From Marsupella aquatica (Eukaryota > Plantae > Marchantiophyta): a stretch of DNA of 64,000 nt. Positions 1 through 12,850 of the stretch are shown here, in pieces. The notes beneath the pieces are model-generated. The model did not search any database, had not been told where the DNA came from, and saw only the letters and a program-made list of their open reading frames with translations. The position numbers were made by a program, and so were the translations under genes. The DNA lies in assembly GCA_973895155.1 (NCBI GenBank), contig OZ316893.1:11608259-11672258 (forward strand). The letters are read 5' to 3'. Each line of letters begins with the position of its first letter. Within the stretch, counting starts at the first letter, position 1.

Positions 1-1580
1 GCAGATCTCATATCCTTGGTACAAATCCCGCCACTGTAGATGTGGAATTTTGCTCTTTGGTTTTCTGTTGCTGTACGTAACGCCTTGAAAAGTTATGCCC
101 TGGTTCTCTATACTGTCAGGATTCCCCGTTTCTCAGCTGGGGTTTCGAGTTCACAAGCCTCTCTCACAAATATTTGTATGTAAGGGAACAATTAACTCTA
201 AGAGTGGATCCTAGGCACTTGCAATCTGGAGGAATTTAGTTAAATTGGCTGAAGCGGGACAAATCGTGGTTACAAATAATTCTTGCTACCTGACATTGCT
301 GATGAGATCTGAACCTACGTCTTAATCATCATTCTTCAGGTGAAAAAAACTGAATGCAAACGTTGTCTTGTCTGGGCAAAGGACGATAAGGTGGTACGGG
401 AAATTATACGTCGTTCAGCAAACACAAAGGTAATATGATAAGAGTCCTGGGATTGAGTGAACTGAGTGGACTGTGCTTGAATTGCTCCCTGGAAATCGTG
501 ACGATGCGCATTCTTTTTTATGTTAAGGCTCTCAAGCCTAAGCATTGGTGTTTCTTATACTGGCTTCCTGAATTTTTCATATTGTTTTACCTTTAGCTGT
601 GATCTGAAGCGGAATTGTGTTATACCGAGCAGACTGGCTACATTGTCATGAACGATACAGTGACTGGAAAGATTTCAGAGCTGCTGCGATTCGATGGGGC
701 AGAGGTTGTGGGCGTCTTCTATGGCCTAGTGACCAGAAAACTGGTCAGGGTTATCCACAGGTACTGTCGGGGATTGTAGAGTTAAAATTTCAAATAAAAT
801 GAAAGTAATAGTTTCTTATTGGGCTTTCATTGGCGTGTTTGCTAAGGATGTGCTGGGTTTGGCCAAGGCGCCAGTTACATCACGTTGTTTTTGGAGGAAT
901 AGGTCCTTTTCTTCAGTTCTTCCTGGGGACTGCAATTTCCTTCTTAATCATTGGATACCTTAATTGATGTGATGCGGGCCTCCCGTCTAGTTATGATGTT
1001 AACCACTCGTTTGGTTCTGATGTTAACTTGCCAATCCGAATGATTGTAACTTTCCACGGTCTTAACAACTTAGACAAGAGCATGAGAATGTTCTGACATT
1101 GGATCAAACTTCTAGCAGAGGCCAGACGGGGTAACCAAAAACAACGCCAGGGTATTGGGTTTCATTAACGTGGACAAAGAATGGGCATGACTGTGCCAAT
1201 CAAGTAGGATAGCGCACAATTTAGACAGAAATCTTTTGTGGATGGTGCAGAAGGTTAATGTCATCTGTTTGGCTCTTTAATCACGGTCATCAGATGGGCA
1301 GTTCAACGTCGTGAAGGGCTGGGTTGATATAAGAATGCGAAATACTGAGTGCACCTGAGCACATCCTCAATTTTTCTCAGGACACTGACAGAAGTTTGTA
1401 ACCCTTTTGTGCAGAGCTGGAAAGAAAGTACATGCCTGGACTGTGAATACTGCTGATGCTATGATTGGAATGCTCAAGGCCGGTGTGGACGCCATTATTA
1501 CAAATGATCCTAACTTACTACAGGGGGTAATGCAAGAGCAAAGGCAGCTCTGCATGTTGAATGGGTTCACGGCATTCTAA
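1..1580 (+). CDS. GDPD4: Glycerophosphodiester phosphodiesterase GDPD4-like, 3' part (exons 1-18, 340-429, 633-760, 1415-1580)
   Basis: GT-AG spliced manual translation gives ADLISL / VKKTECKRCLVWAKDD..IIRR / TGYIVMND..VVGVFYGLV / AGKKVHAWTVNT..GVDAIITNDP..F*. This matches the GDPD C-terminal motifs (WTVN, GVD.IITN.P). The 5' end lies outside the window. Confidence 0.88.
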
Positions 1581-4104
1581 ATCTTGTTGGCCATTCAAGC
1601 AACGATGTGTCCTTTATTCTAACGGTAATCAGCATCGTTCTCCATGAACGGGTCTAGGTAGTCAATCTGTAATTAATTAATTCCTTTGTAGTCACCCTTC
1701 TTGAGCAAATGTGCACATTTCCTCAATCAGATTGCCGCTTCCGATGACTATATGTTGCTTTTGTGAGTCTCGTTTATCCAAACTGCTGATGGAATCTTGT
1801 GATGTCTCTGTGCGGTAGGTTGGAGGCTGAATTGCAATCCTCCTCACTGGGGTGCATCTACCTTTCAGTGCAGTGCTTGAGAGTATATGAGTAAGTTGAG
1901 CAAAATTTTGTGACCCTATCCTGGATCGCTTACTATGTTTCAAATCTCGAATGGGAAGTATTACGTCGCTGTCAACGGAGGTGAGTAATTGAAGATGGTG
2001 CCATTACATCTCAAAGTAGGAAGTTACGATATAAAAGGGATTACTACCCCTTGTCCAATCATGACCACTGAACTACTATTGAAAGTGAGATACAACTTCT
2101 ACAGGACCATCTGCGGAAAGGTTAACGGTAGTCAGTGTGGACCATTGCTCGTCTCCTTGCCACATCTCTTCTCTCGGAAATCGTTCGGGGGGGGCAAGAC
2201 TCGATGCTCCACTCACACTCGAGGTTGCATCCATTCTTGGAGCCCTGTAATTGATGGGTCAGTTAACTCAGTTAGCTCGGATTAAATCAAGCATCTACAG
2301 TAGTTAGCATGCGCTTCTTGAGTCTGGGGATGACATATGCCATTCCTTGGTAAGAACTCCTAGTTTTTCCTTTCCAGATTGGGTAGGCACAATGACAGCT
2401 GAATTGGGCATCGGACGTCATTGGCTTGTAGGAGAAGCCGCATAAGCTAGCTGTGGTAGTTGTCCAATGATGATAGTTAACTCAGTTAGCCTAAACTAAA
2501 TTGAGGCTCGGAAAAATTCCAGTTGTCAAATGGAAATTCTGAGTAAAAGTGGAAGTTGTTCTAAAATCCAGATCTAAAGGCCCTTTGCGGAACCGGTCCA
2601 CATTATGTAACCCCTGCCCCGGACCAAGCTGAGCTCAGCTAAAGGATGCTGAGCTTGTTTTACTACGGAAGGATGAATGGAAAACTGCTGGAAATTATTA
2701 ACACTTTATTTTGTTTTTGATGTGGTCTAGCTGTTAATTGAAGTGTGTCTAGGTAGAGTGGCAAGTCTTGGAGGTCAGCCTAACAGCTCACTCCAACTGT
2801 GGCAGATTCTAAGGGAATTCTGGCAGTGCCAGTCTATGCGATGGTGTTTTGGGGTGGGGTTTGAAAAACATTGATGCCAAGTGCTTGCACAAAACAATAG
2901 TTTTGTTAGTGGCAAATGTTTTCCAAAACAAATTGGCTTGCTACTAATACAAACTCAGCCGGTAATCTTCCTTGCTTATGACCCATATAGCTCGATCTGA
3001 TGGTCATCCTGAAACTGCAAAACATCCAATAACTCCATGAGATGGGACCACACCAATGTAATTTCTAAGGTTATTTCTTTGTAGCAGGGTGGTGAGTGTG
3101 TGACGGCAAAGATACTAAGACTGTTCCTGATCTAATATTCTAAGATTAATTTCTGCCCATTAGATTTGCCTAGATTTAAGGATAAATGTTATATTCTGGC
3201 TAGTGGGGTATGTGGCTATGTGGGAAACTGGCCAATGAAGGACCAAGCAACAAGAATCTTGGTCAAAAACAAAATTAGCCAAGACTTTTGGTGACCTGGA
3301 ATTTGGCAAACTCTGGCCACTGAAAAAAACTTCTGGACCATTCCACCTTACATATATGGCCCAATACTAAACAAGTTTTACTTTATATATTTTCCATTTT
3401 TTACTGTTCCCTTGCTCAACTGCTTTTGCCAGTGTAGTGGCAAACACAAACAGAGGTGCTTGTTCATGGCGGCAATTGTGAACTTACGTGTTGGGGGCAG
3501 AAAGTGCCAACATGGCACGACAAGGAGCCAGAGGATTTGCAAAATACTTCTCTTGGCGGTAGGTAATAATCATTCCTTGGTGATGTAGTTTGAGCTTTGT
3601 CATCAAACAAAGTTTCTCAAAGTGAGGGAACGACAGATATTTCCAATATTATGGGGGATTTGAGGACACAGATCATCAACCCTGGTTGAAGGCTAATAGA
3701 CTACAGCCCTAAATGGTTTGTATGTCTTAGTTTGTCTTCATTATGGCCGTCTTCATGATTATTTTATGAAAAATAAAAAAGGCTGATGTAGTAGAGCCCT
3801 AAACCTCCTCAATAATGCTGTCTCACTGAGGCCCTTGTCCTTCCCTCCCACCTTTACTATCTTCTATATTTATAACTTGATGTCCTTAGTGAGTTTTTCC
3901 TTCGTACTTCACTGGGCATTCTGTAGCATATTGTCCAGGTAAAGATATTGGTCACTTAGTTCTCTATTAAGATTCTCCTCTACTTTTACTAAGCTAGAAA
4001 AAACCAAAATCTCTCCAAGCCTTAAAGTATAGGATTAAGTGCATACGGTGTGACCTTTACAAGGTATAGGCCGACCATATGTCGACCCGTCTATGGAGAG
4101 AAAT

Positions 4105-4345
4105 AGTGCCTCTAAACAGGGCTTTCCAGTATATTTAGTAATTATTGTAGTCATTCCTCAGCAATTTTGTTACTTTCGTTTTGGGGGGAAGTATATTTCA
4201 TAATGCCCTCTATTGTAGTTCTTCCTCAGCAATTTTGTTAGTGTCGTTTTTGGGGGCAGTATATCCCATAATGCACTCTGAACAGGGCTTTACTGTATAC
4301 TGAATATCCCATAATGCACTCTGAACAGGGCTTTTACTGTATACT
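4105..4345. repeat. Local imperfect duplications upstream of RPN9
   Basis: Repeated blocks ctct(a/g)aacagggcttt x3, tattgtagt..ttcctcagcaattttgtta x2 and atatcccataatgcactctgaacagggcttttactgtatact x2. Confidence 0.75.
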
Positions 4346-4590
4346 TAATAATTAATGTAATTCGTGCTGGGCGATATCGTTCCAGTGGCGCCAACGAGTA
4401 AAGTGTGTCGAAGTGAATCGCATCGAGCCTCCTCCCTCGTGTGTAGTGTATACCCATTATTCGCTCTGTTGGCCATTTGTTTGACCCAAACACTTCTACA
4501 AAGATCGCCATCTTCTCGATCCATCCCGTCTTCCTTACTTGCGCTGCGCTGGGCTGATCCCAATTTCGACTCCGATTTTGCTCCGCGAAG

Positions 4591-7384
4591 ATGGCAGCGT
4601 TGAAGTATCTGGAGATGCAAAGGGCAGAGCAGCCGGAGCTCTCCGAGTGGTACAGCTCGCTTGCGGATCTCTACGAGCGCAGGCTGTGGCATCAGCTCAC
4701 CTTGAAGCTGGAGCAGTTCGTGGCTCTCGCAGTGCTTCAGGTACATTCCGTTCCGAATGATGACTTACTTCCTTTGTCCATGCGTTCCCTTTTTTTCCGC
4801 TTCGGCTGTGAGAATTTGGCGTTAGGGTTGCTTGAAGGAATGGAGCTTTGGATTCGAATGGGGGGGCAATTTTTAGGTTAGAATTTTCTGGGGTATACTC
4901 CATCTCTAGGTATCAGCCACGACTTCAGGGGTTGAGAATTCCGACTGGTTAGCGGTTGAGGATGGAGCTTTTTCTTGTCCCCCGCCCTTCCATTTTCTTG
5001 GTTCAGAAATATGGGCTTACTCCGCTTGAGAAATCTGCGATTGCTTCTCTGTACTTGAGATGCGCCCGTTCAACTTCTCTTGTCCCACTGATATACTTTC
5101 TGAGCATATGCCCCTATGGGACCAATGTAGGGAGCATCGTTGAAGATGTTTTGGTTTCACATAGGAAGTCGGCCTCCGGAGAGACGAATGTCCAGCGATT
5201 AGGGTATAGCAGTTCCCTGTCGACATGTTGGGTTCTGGTTCATTTGCCCTTAGATTGAATAGTGCCTCGTTCGTTAATTCATTCTTATGTTTGCAGGCAG
5301 GGGACACTCTTATAACACTATACCACAACTTCATATCGGACTTCGAGACGAAGATCAATCTATTGAAGCTAGCCCATTTCTCGGTCATTGTGTCGCGTCA
5401 GTATGCTGAGGGTGGTGTTGCCATTCACTTTCTGGAGGAAGTTATCGAGAAGCTCGGGGCCACGAGGGAGAAACGTATTGAAGAGCCAAGCGATAAATTC
5501 AGGACGTCGAAGGACAGGCGAATTGAGGAGGCAATCCTTTATGTCAAGATGCAAATTGCTGCCCTGAAACTGCAACAAGGCGATCGAAAGCAATGTAAAG
5601 CCCTACTGGAGGAAGGAAAAACCACGCTGGATAGTATGACAGATGTCGACCCTTCTGTGCACGCCAGCGTGCACTGGGTGTCTTCTCAGTTCCATAAATC
5701 ACGGCAGGAGTTTGCGGACTTTTATAAGAGTGCTTTGCTGTACCTGGCCTATACATCCGTGGAGACCTTAGCTGAACCTTTCAAGCTGGTGGGTCTCCGC
5801 CTGCACCAAAGCAACCATCTTAGATTGCTTATGCAACACTTCGCATTCGTCATAGTTTTGTAGCTCCGATCATGTGTAATATTTTGAGTTTGTTCCTTCT
5901 GTTGAACCTAGGTTAGCAGTGTCGTTGATTTTCTTCGTCATGGTCATCATCTAAAATGGACTTTCACGCAAATGAATTGCTTTTCAATACCCAACTAGTA
6001 GGTGTACTCTCGGACTCGAGCTGTAGGCCATATTCTGGAATGCTTTGTATCTGAAACATCTGTTCTGCTTTTTCAGGATTTAGCATTTGACCTATCCCTC
6101 GCGGCCTTGTTAGGAGACCATATATACAACTTCGGGGAGCTTCTAGCTCATCCTATTGTGAGTACTTCTTGTGAAAATAATACACCTATTGGGGTCCTAG
6201 CATTTCAGATCCTCCTGAAAAATAACTGAAATAGTTGGGCCAGATCGGAGATCATCTAGTTAGACGCGTCGTTGATACTGAGGAGGTTTGGGGTCCTGCC
6301 AGTTGCAGGAATAGAGAACGGGTTCAATTTAGCTGCTTTTTGTAGTCGAACAGTTCTCTGGTAGGAAAGACCCTTAACTTTGTGTACCAAATGTGCAGGT
6401 GAAGAGTATGATGGGAACAGAAAGTGAATGGCTGTACTTTATACTAGAAGCTTTCAATGCCGGTGATCTGACAAAGTACCAGGAACTCTGTCGTGTGTAC
6501 AATGCTGCTCTTACTGCTCAACCTGCTCTTGTGGAAAATGAAAAGAAGTTATGGGAAAAAATTAATATATTGGCTTTGATGGAACTTATATTCAGGTCCG
6601 TTGATCTACCCGACAACTCATAGGCAGCCTTTCTTTGTTTCTCAGGACAGGCAGCCAATTTGTGTGAGATTACAAACAGCATGTAGACCTTCGTTAAAAT
6701 CTGAAGAGATTCTCAGAGCGAACAATCACTGTTTTTGCTCGGAAGCTAGAAATTATGGTTCGCGTAGACATTCCCGTGCTTTTTTTGGTACATGGATTCT
6801 TAAATTCACATTTCCTCGGACCCTCTTCAACCTTCACTATTGTAATAAAATCAGTTTCCTAGAAAACTGGCACCGTTTTTCTCGCTTTCACAGGAAATTG
6901 CCGTCCTCGTTTGAAGACACTGACGTGCACAGTGTTACTGTTACCTTTTCAGCCGCCCTTCTGAAGAAAGAACAATCCCTTTGAGCATTATTGCGGAGAG
7001 GACAAAACTATCACTTGATGCAGTGGAGCATCTCCTCATTAAGAGCTTATCGGTACTGTCTCAGCCGCCTAAATTTTCAATTTTCCTCATAGCTTTAGCT
7101 GTTTTACTGCTACTGGCGGACAAATTTGGTTTCTTTTGTTCCAGATGTTGTTAATTCTCATAATTGCACTAACTGATTCTTGGATGTGAGTGTTTCAGGT
7201 TCACCTAATTGAAGGAGTGATTGATCAAGTAGATGGAACAGTCCGAGTCTCATGGGTCCAGCCACGAGTTCTAGGAATTCCCCAAATTACCGCTCTACGG
7301 GATCGGCTTGATACGTGGCTACAGAAAGTCCATACTACACTGCTAGCTGTTGAAGCTGAAACTCCTGACCTGGTAGCTGCTTAG
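4591..7384 (+). CDS. RPN9: 26S proteasome lid subunit RPN9/PSMD13 (exons 4591-4740, 5297-5788, 6077-6157, 6399-6595, 6953-7052, 7199-7384)
   Basis: Motifs LYERRLWHQLTLKL, FETKINLLKLAHF, IYNFGELLAHPI, KINILALMELIF and the PCI domain GVIDQVDGTVRVSWVQPRVL. All introns are GT-AG and the frame is preserved. Confidence 0.96.
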
Positions 7385-8937
7385 GTTCACGATGGACTTC
7401 GTTCAATTCAAGTTCCTGAGGATGGTTGAATTCTTTCCACTTGAGAAGTTGGAGGTCAGCAGGGCTATCATTTTCAAGGCTAATGAGAGTTTTGAGCTTG
7501 GAAGCAAGCAAGAGTACCTGGAGATCGGTACCAGTGAAGACCGCCATCCTCTTCTCCCTGTGACATCGAAACAAATCGAGGAATGTATTCGTCTCTGAGG
7601 TTAAAGCAGGTAGCATCATTGATGAAGGTGGTACACATATCCTCATATTAGTGGCAAGGAGACTGTTGGAGTCTGTTCTCGTGAGTTGCTGATGTTTGGT
7701 CTTTGGACTTGTGCTGCATTTGTGCAAGCCTTTCTACACAGCAGCAGGAAGCAATCAACTGAAAGTTGAAATATGAGTGAACTTTTGGTTCAAGGCGTCG
7801 TTGTAATAAGTTTGATATGTTCATGGCGATTTGCCAACGGAATCATGAATGCAAATTTTCGTTTTGCATTTCCTGTGCGTAATCTACGGTAATGGCAGTC
7901 ATTGAGTCGTTGCCTTGGAGATGATCAATGATATTGAGTGGCTGAAGTTGTCATGGAAACATGTGATTTGTTTCCAAGAACGACCCCTTCACTAAAAATC
8001 TATGGTGAAAGGGGACCTTAAGGGACAAGACCTTCAGGCTTAGTTGAGCCCCCAAAAATGATTCTCGCTGAGGAAGCAATAGAATTTTACCATTAGAAGT
8101 GAAGAATGAGTAACTAGAACTAGAGAACCTCAATGCCTGTAACGGAGACCTGATATGCTGTCAAGTTGAGTCATGTCTCAGGTGCTTACAATGGATCTTA
8201 GTCAAATCAGAACTGGCTACATGGTCAATTGTCGTAACACGCAATGTTCCTACTGGATGATGCGACGGCGAATTTCCACTGGGCTTTCTCAAGTAGGGCA
8301 TGGGAAGGATGGAGCTGCTTTGCACGTTTGTGTGGTTTATCTGTCAGAATATTTATGTTTAATTGTTGTACAATGCACACAAACCTAAAACCACATGTAG
8401 TTGTCAGAACCATGATTAGAAACGAACTTTTCCGAAATTTCTCATAGCATTTTCAAGCAAACTTCCCAGGTGTTTAGATACGAAGGTTGACTTTAGGCTC
8501 TTGACTTGGATGTCACGATGAAGGACAGTAGAAGTACAGAGGAAGTTAAAGGGCAGAGAGAACAGTTCAGTGTTTAGGGTTTATCTTGAACTTTGCGAAT
8601 AACAAGGGATGAGTCGAGAGACCAAGGTAAAGGGGTAGCAAGATGTGAGCCGTGGTATTGAATTTCGTCCAGATACCCGTTTCATTTCCTCTTGTCGCGA
8701 AGCAATGAAATTGTTGTCTTGTCATGCAGATTGTGTCGTATGCCTAGAAAGGATGGCAAGAGTAAGAACTTGCTAACTGCTAACATGGTTTGGAGTGGAG
8801 ATGTGCTCTCTAAAATTCACCAATTGCATTTGCTTCTGAGTTTGACCCACTTCAGTACACACTGCTACATAGCCTGGGATCTTAACTGACTGGATAGAGT
8901 GCATTCAATCAGGTAAGTCCGTCATAGATGACTGCAG

Positions 8938-8997
8938 ATCACTTGCTGTGTCAATCACTTGCTGTGTCAATCACTTGCTATGTCAATCACTTGCTGT
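8938..8997. repeat. 16-bp tandem repeat, about 4 copies
   Basis: atcacttgctgtgtca repeated head-to-tail. Confidence 0.9.
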
Positions 8998-10388
8998 TGG
9001 AACTGCTCCTGTACATCATACGGTAGATTTGTCATAGATGAATCTCACCTAGTTGTGGAAACTGCTTCCTGATTTCGGTCGAGTTAACTTGGTAACCACC
9101 CCATAGGTGAACGCTAATCACTCAATACTGGAAATGGTTCTTTCATTCAGTCCTCCTGAAACTCCATTCTCAAGCCTCTACATGGAGGTTGAGGAAAGGC
9201 TCCCAGAACATCCTGCATATGTGGAGGAATCCTTCCCGATGAATTTTTCTTGTCTGAGACCTAAAGCTACAAAATCTCTTGATATGGAATCCAAACAGTA
9301 CAACACCTTTGTGTGATTTCCAACAACCCAACAACCCGTGGAAGTTAACTTTCATTTAGAGAGAGCAGTAAAGGCCATAGATAGTAAAATTATTATTCTG
9401 GAGAATAGAAAGGGTGCCGTACTATAACTGCAGTACACACTCTCCACCACCCAACCCGATGCAATGTAGATGTCATCAATTGCACGGAGTTGCAAGTCTG
9501 TTACAAAAGTGGTGGAATGACTGAAACCATTATGATACACTCCCCTTCCATGTACCCATTCATAACTAGGTGCATATAATAAATGGTGGAATAGAGATTC
9601 CAAGGTGAACTAGAACCACACTCCAGGGAAACTCTCAATTCACAGGAGCATCATCGACATTGGATTTACTTTTGAACCATTAACCATTTCGATAGTACAC
9701 TGAAGTGCAATACGCACTGTCCCAGGCCCGTCTACTATTGTTAACGAATAGTGACACGTAGAGGTTCAAGAAAACACACCTCCACAATAAGAATTACACC
9801 ACATCCTTGAGAATGGCGAAGGATCCCACTGGTTTCCTTAAGACTTGAGTTCATGCACATCTAAGAAGAGTTATCTCGACATTTTACATCCAGTACGCCA
9901 GAATGCCGGTTGTCAAGTACCTTGAATTTCAAGGCAGCGTCCATGAGCTTGTTTATGTGACATTGCTGACATCGTGCGATACTTTAGTTTCAGAATGGAG
10001 TTTTCATTTCAGAATGACGGCCTGAACTTCTTCTATAGGGGTGCTGCTGCTTTCCTCAGATGACTATTGTTCAGAAGCGTCATCTTGCAAATTGCCTCCT
10101 CCCTGTCTACCTGCTAGTTCGTCTTTCTAAATTTTCAGAGGGGCACAACCCCCAGATTCTCGAGCCTCGTCCACAGCGGTAAAACCATGTCTGAAACATT
10201 GAACGAACATTCGGTTACAATATTTTCCTATTCACATGCTGCGTAAATGAAACTGCACAGTAAGCCACTTATTGCCAAGCTACCAAAAGGTTGAAGAATG
10301 CACAGACCGATCTGTCGCAAGAATAAAATAAGTTCGATATGTCATGACAACACTTTCAAAGCACCAGTGACTTACGAGGGGTGTTCCG

Positions 10389-11465
10389 TCATCGTAATCT
10401 GCTGCAGAAGGGTCCACCCCCTTCACCAATGTATCTCGAATCTCCCATGTCTGCCCTTGTTCCCAGATAGTCTTGTAATGGTGTCAAAATCTCCAGCTCC
10501 TGGTCCTCTAACTGTCTAACAGCCATTGCCGTTTCAAAAGCTGCTACAGTGAACTGCGCTGCTTGTAATGGTGTCAAAATCTGCATCATCTCCCGCAGAA
10601 CGCGCAACCGGAGCTCCTCGGCCTCGATCAACAGGTCTCGTAACTCAACCAGTTTAGGTTCCATGGCCTCACGTACCTCAGATAAGTCATTCGTCTCACT
10701 TGGTGGTGGTTCTGTAGTCGTCGCTCTTGCCATGTGCTGATCTGCGACCAGCATCTGTTGTCATACCAACCCTAATATTAGTATGCAGCTGACGTTACTT
10801 GCCAGAAAGCATACACCCAATGCAAATTCACGATTCTATTCTGCCCTCATCGTACCGTGACCACATGGGAACGGAAGGTTCACTATTATTGGCACGTTGC
10901 TTCCTGATCTATAATACTCCGACAAGTTTACAAGCAAAAGGTACAATATCGGGGCAGATGTTCTCATTAGTCTCCCCAAAGAATAGCCAACACCGGCACT
11001 GAAGCAGCTCACCTGTAAAACAGCTAGTCGGTTGGAAATGTCATCCTCTGCGTCTCTAGTTTTCTTTTGCGTTGTATTAAGTTTCCCCAATTGCTTTGCA
11101 GATAGCGCAGCCATAGATGTCACTTCTATCCCATCCAAAACCTTTAGAAGTTCATTCTCTATCTGCATGCTCATGAGGGAGTACGCAAGCACGATGGCAG
11201 CTGTAGGCCTCCATCCCCCCATCCAAAGAAATCCAGCTTCCAGAGGAGTTTTCCACATTCCAGCAGCTACACAGGTGACATCTTCTCGTGTCGCTCGAAT
11301 CTTTACATCCGCATACTTCCTGGAATGACTATAGCATCCCTCTACCAGGCTAGCGATCTCTGCAGTTGAATTCTCGCTATCGACTAGCTTTCTCAGTGGA
11401 TCTATCATAGCCTTCTCTTCTTCCAACCACTCCCTGTAGAATTGCTCAAATCCTGTACTTGTCAT
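10389..11465 (-). CDS. DOG1-domain protein (DOG1-like/TGA C-terminal domain without a bZIP); exons 11465-11013 and 10754-10389
   Basis: FEQFYREWLEE..HS..YADVK..DV...GMWKTPLEAGFLWMGGWRP..LSAKQL..EDDIS / EAEELRLRVLREMMQILTPLQAAQF is the DOG1 domain pattern. The intron is GTGAG..AG and in phase. Confidence 0.9.
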
Positions 11466-12541
11466 GGCTGATCAGAAACCCTTCCCGCTAGATGGGACTC
11501 TATTCCATGTAAATGGAGGCAAGACAAAAGGTGACCAACCAAGCTCCACAGTTTTGCTCTAAAGACTGCTCCACAAGGAGGACTGAGCAACAAACCCTTC
11601 CCAGCAGAACTGAACAAACCAACCCAGCTTGTGATTCGTGCAGAGGTGACCAATAGACCTTTAAAGACTCCGACAGAGGTTGGCGTCCTGCAGAACACTT
11701 CCCCTCATGGCATAGAAATTCTCCATGCATTCCAAACTAGAAGTAGCCGTAAGTTACTGGTTGGTTCTTCTAAGGCATGACCAACTCCGCATTGGAGAAA
11801 CTAATGAGCTAAGTTCAATGTGCGAGGATACATTCATTCACTGGAGGCATCACTTCTCCGAAATCTCGGAGTAGGACAACCTTCCCTATTTCGCAGCTCA
11901 GTCCCCTGCTCTTGGGTCCAGTCCAATCCAGTCCCAAGATAAGATAGAATGCACTGATGCATGCACCTCACTCCGGCTTCTTTCGTGACTTCAAAATTGA
12001 TAACGCAGGCAGAAATCGTGCTACGTGGAATGAGCAAGCAGCAAACAACCTGGTCGATGGATGGATCAAAGGTGTAGCTACTTGCTTGATCTCTCTGCCT
12101 ATCTTTCCAACACAGGAGATGCTAGTGGTCGACTTGGCGTTCTGTACAAGCATATTGCATCTCATCGGTCATATGCTTGGCTTGGCTGGCTCTCTCTACT
12201 CCACCGCACGAGCTCCAGATTCTCAGAGCAATTGACGAAAAGTTCGGTATCTCTCGCACAAAACACAAATCCCGAGAGATGGGTCTGCGTTGCTGATCTC
12301 GCATTGCTTGTTGACACACCCATCTCCTCACTCATGCATATAATATCTTCCGCAGTTTCGCTCTCCTCGTAAATCTCCATCTGCCCGTCCATCTGCCCGC
12401 CCACCGCCTACCGCTGGTCCGTCCATCGGTCCGTCAGTCAGCTGTGATACGCAACTTTATGTATAAAGATATTTCACCATAAACGAGTGAAACAAAGATC
12501 TAGTGATAGAAAGTGATGCCTAACTAACCAACTTCAGAGAT

Positions 12542-12850
12542 ATGCTTAGTAGACCCCCTTCTGGAAAAAGTTTGCTTAAATCAACCCCCTTGATACTATT
12601 CCCCAATCTGGGCAGTTGATGGACCTTTCAATCTCAGATCTGGACCATTGATAGACCTCAGGGGGTCTATTAAGTAATGAGTTTCATTTTGAGGGTTTAC
12701 CTCTACAAAAATAGGATAGAGAGAGGGACCAGGTGTTTGATGGACCCCCAAAATGTTTCTTGATGGACCCATGAATGATCCAAGTGGTTGATAGATATCA
12801 AATCAATGTACCCAAAAGCTCATCAGGTCTCATGGGGTCTATCAAGTAAG
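12542..12850. mobile_element. MITE-like repeat rich in gatggacccc/ggggtctat motifs; related sequence at about 63780-63930
   Basis: Imperfect inverted ends tgcttagtagacccc ... ggggtctatcaagta and many internal copies of the motif. Similar motifs recur near the window end. Confidence 0.45.

Noticed and set aside
9107-9603. Convergent short ORFs as genes
   Set aside because: Short, non-ATG starts, and no recognisable motifs or splice structure.
8511-9757. Solo LTR (TGTCAC...GTGACA)
   Set aside because: The flanking 5-mers differ (ttgga versus cgtag), and there is no PBS or second copy.
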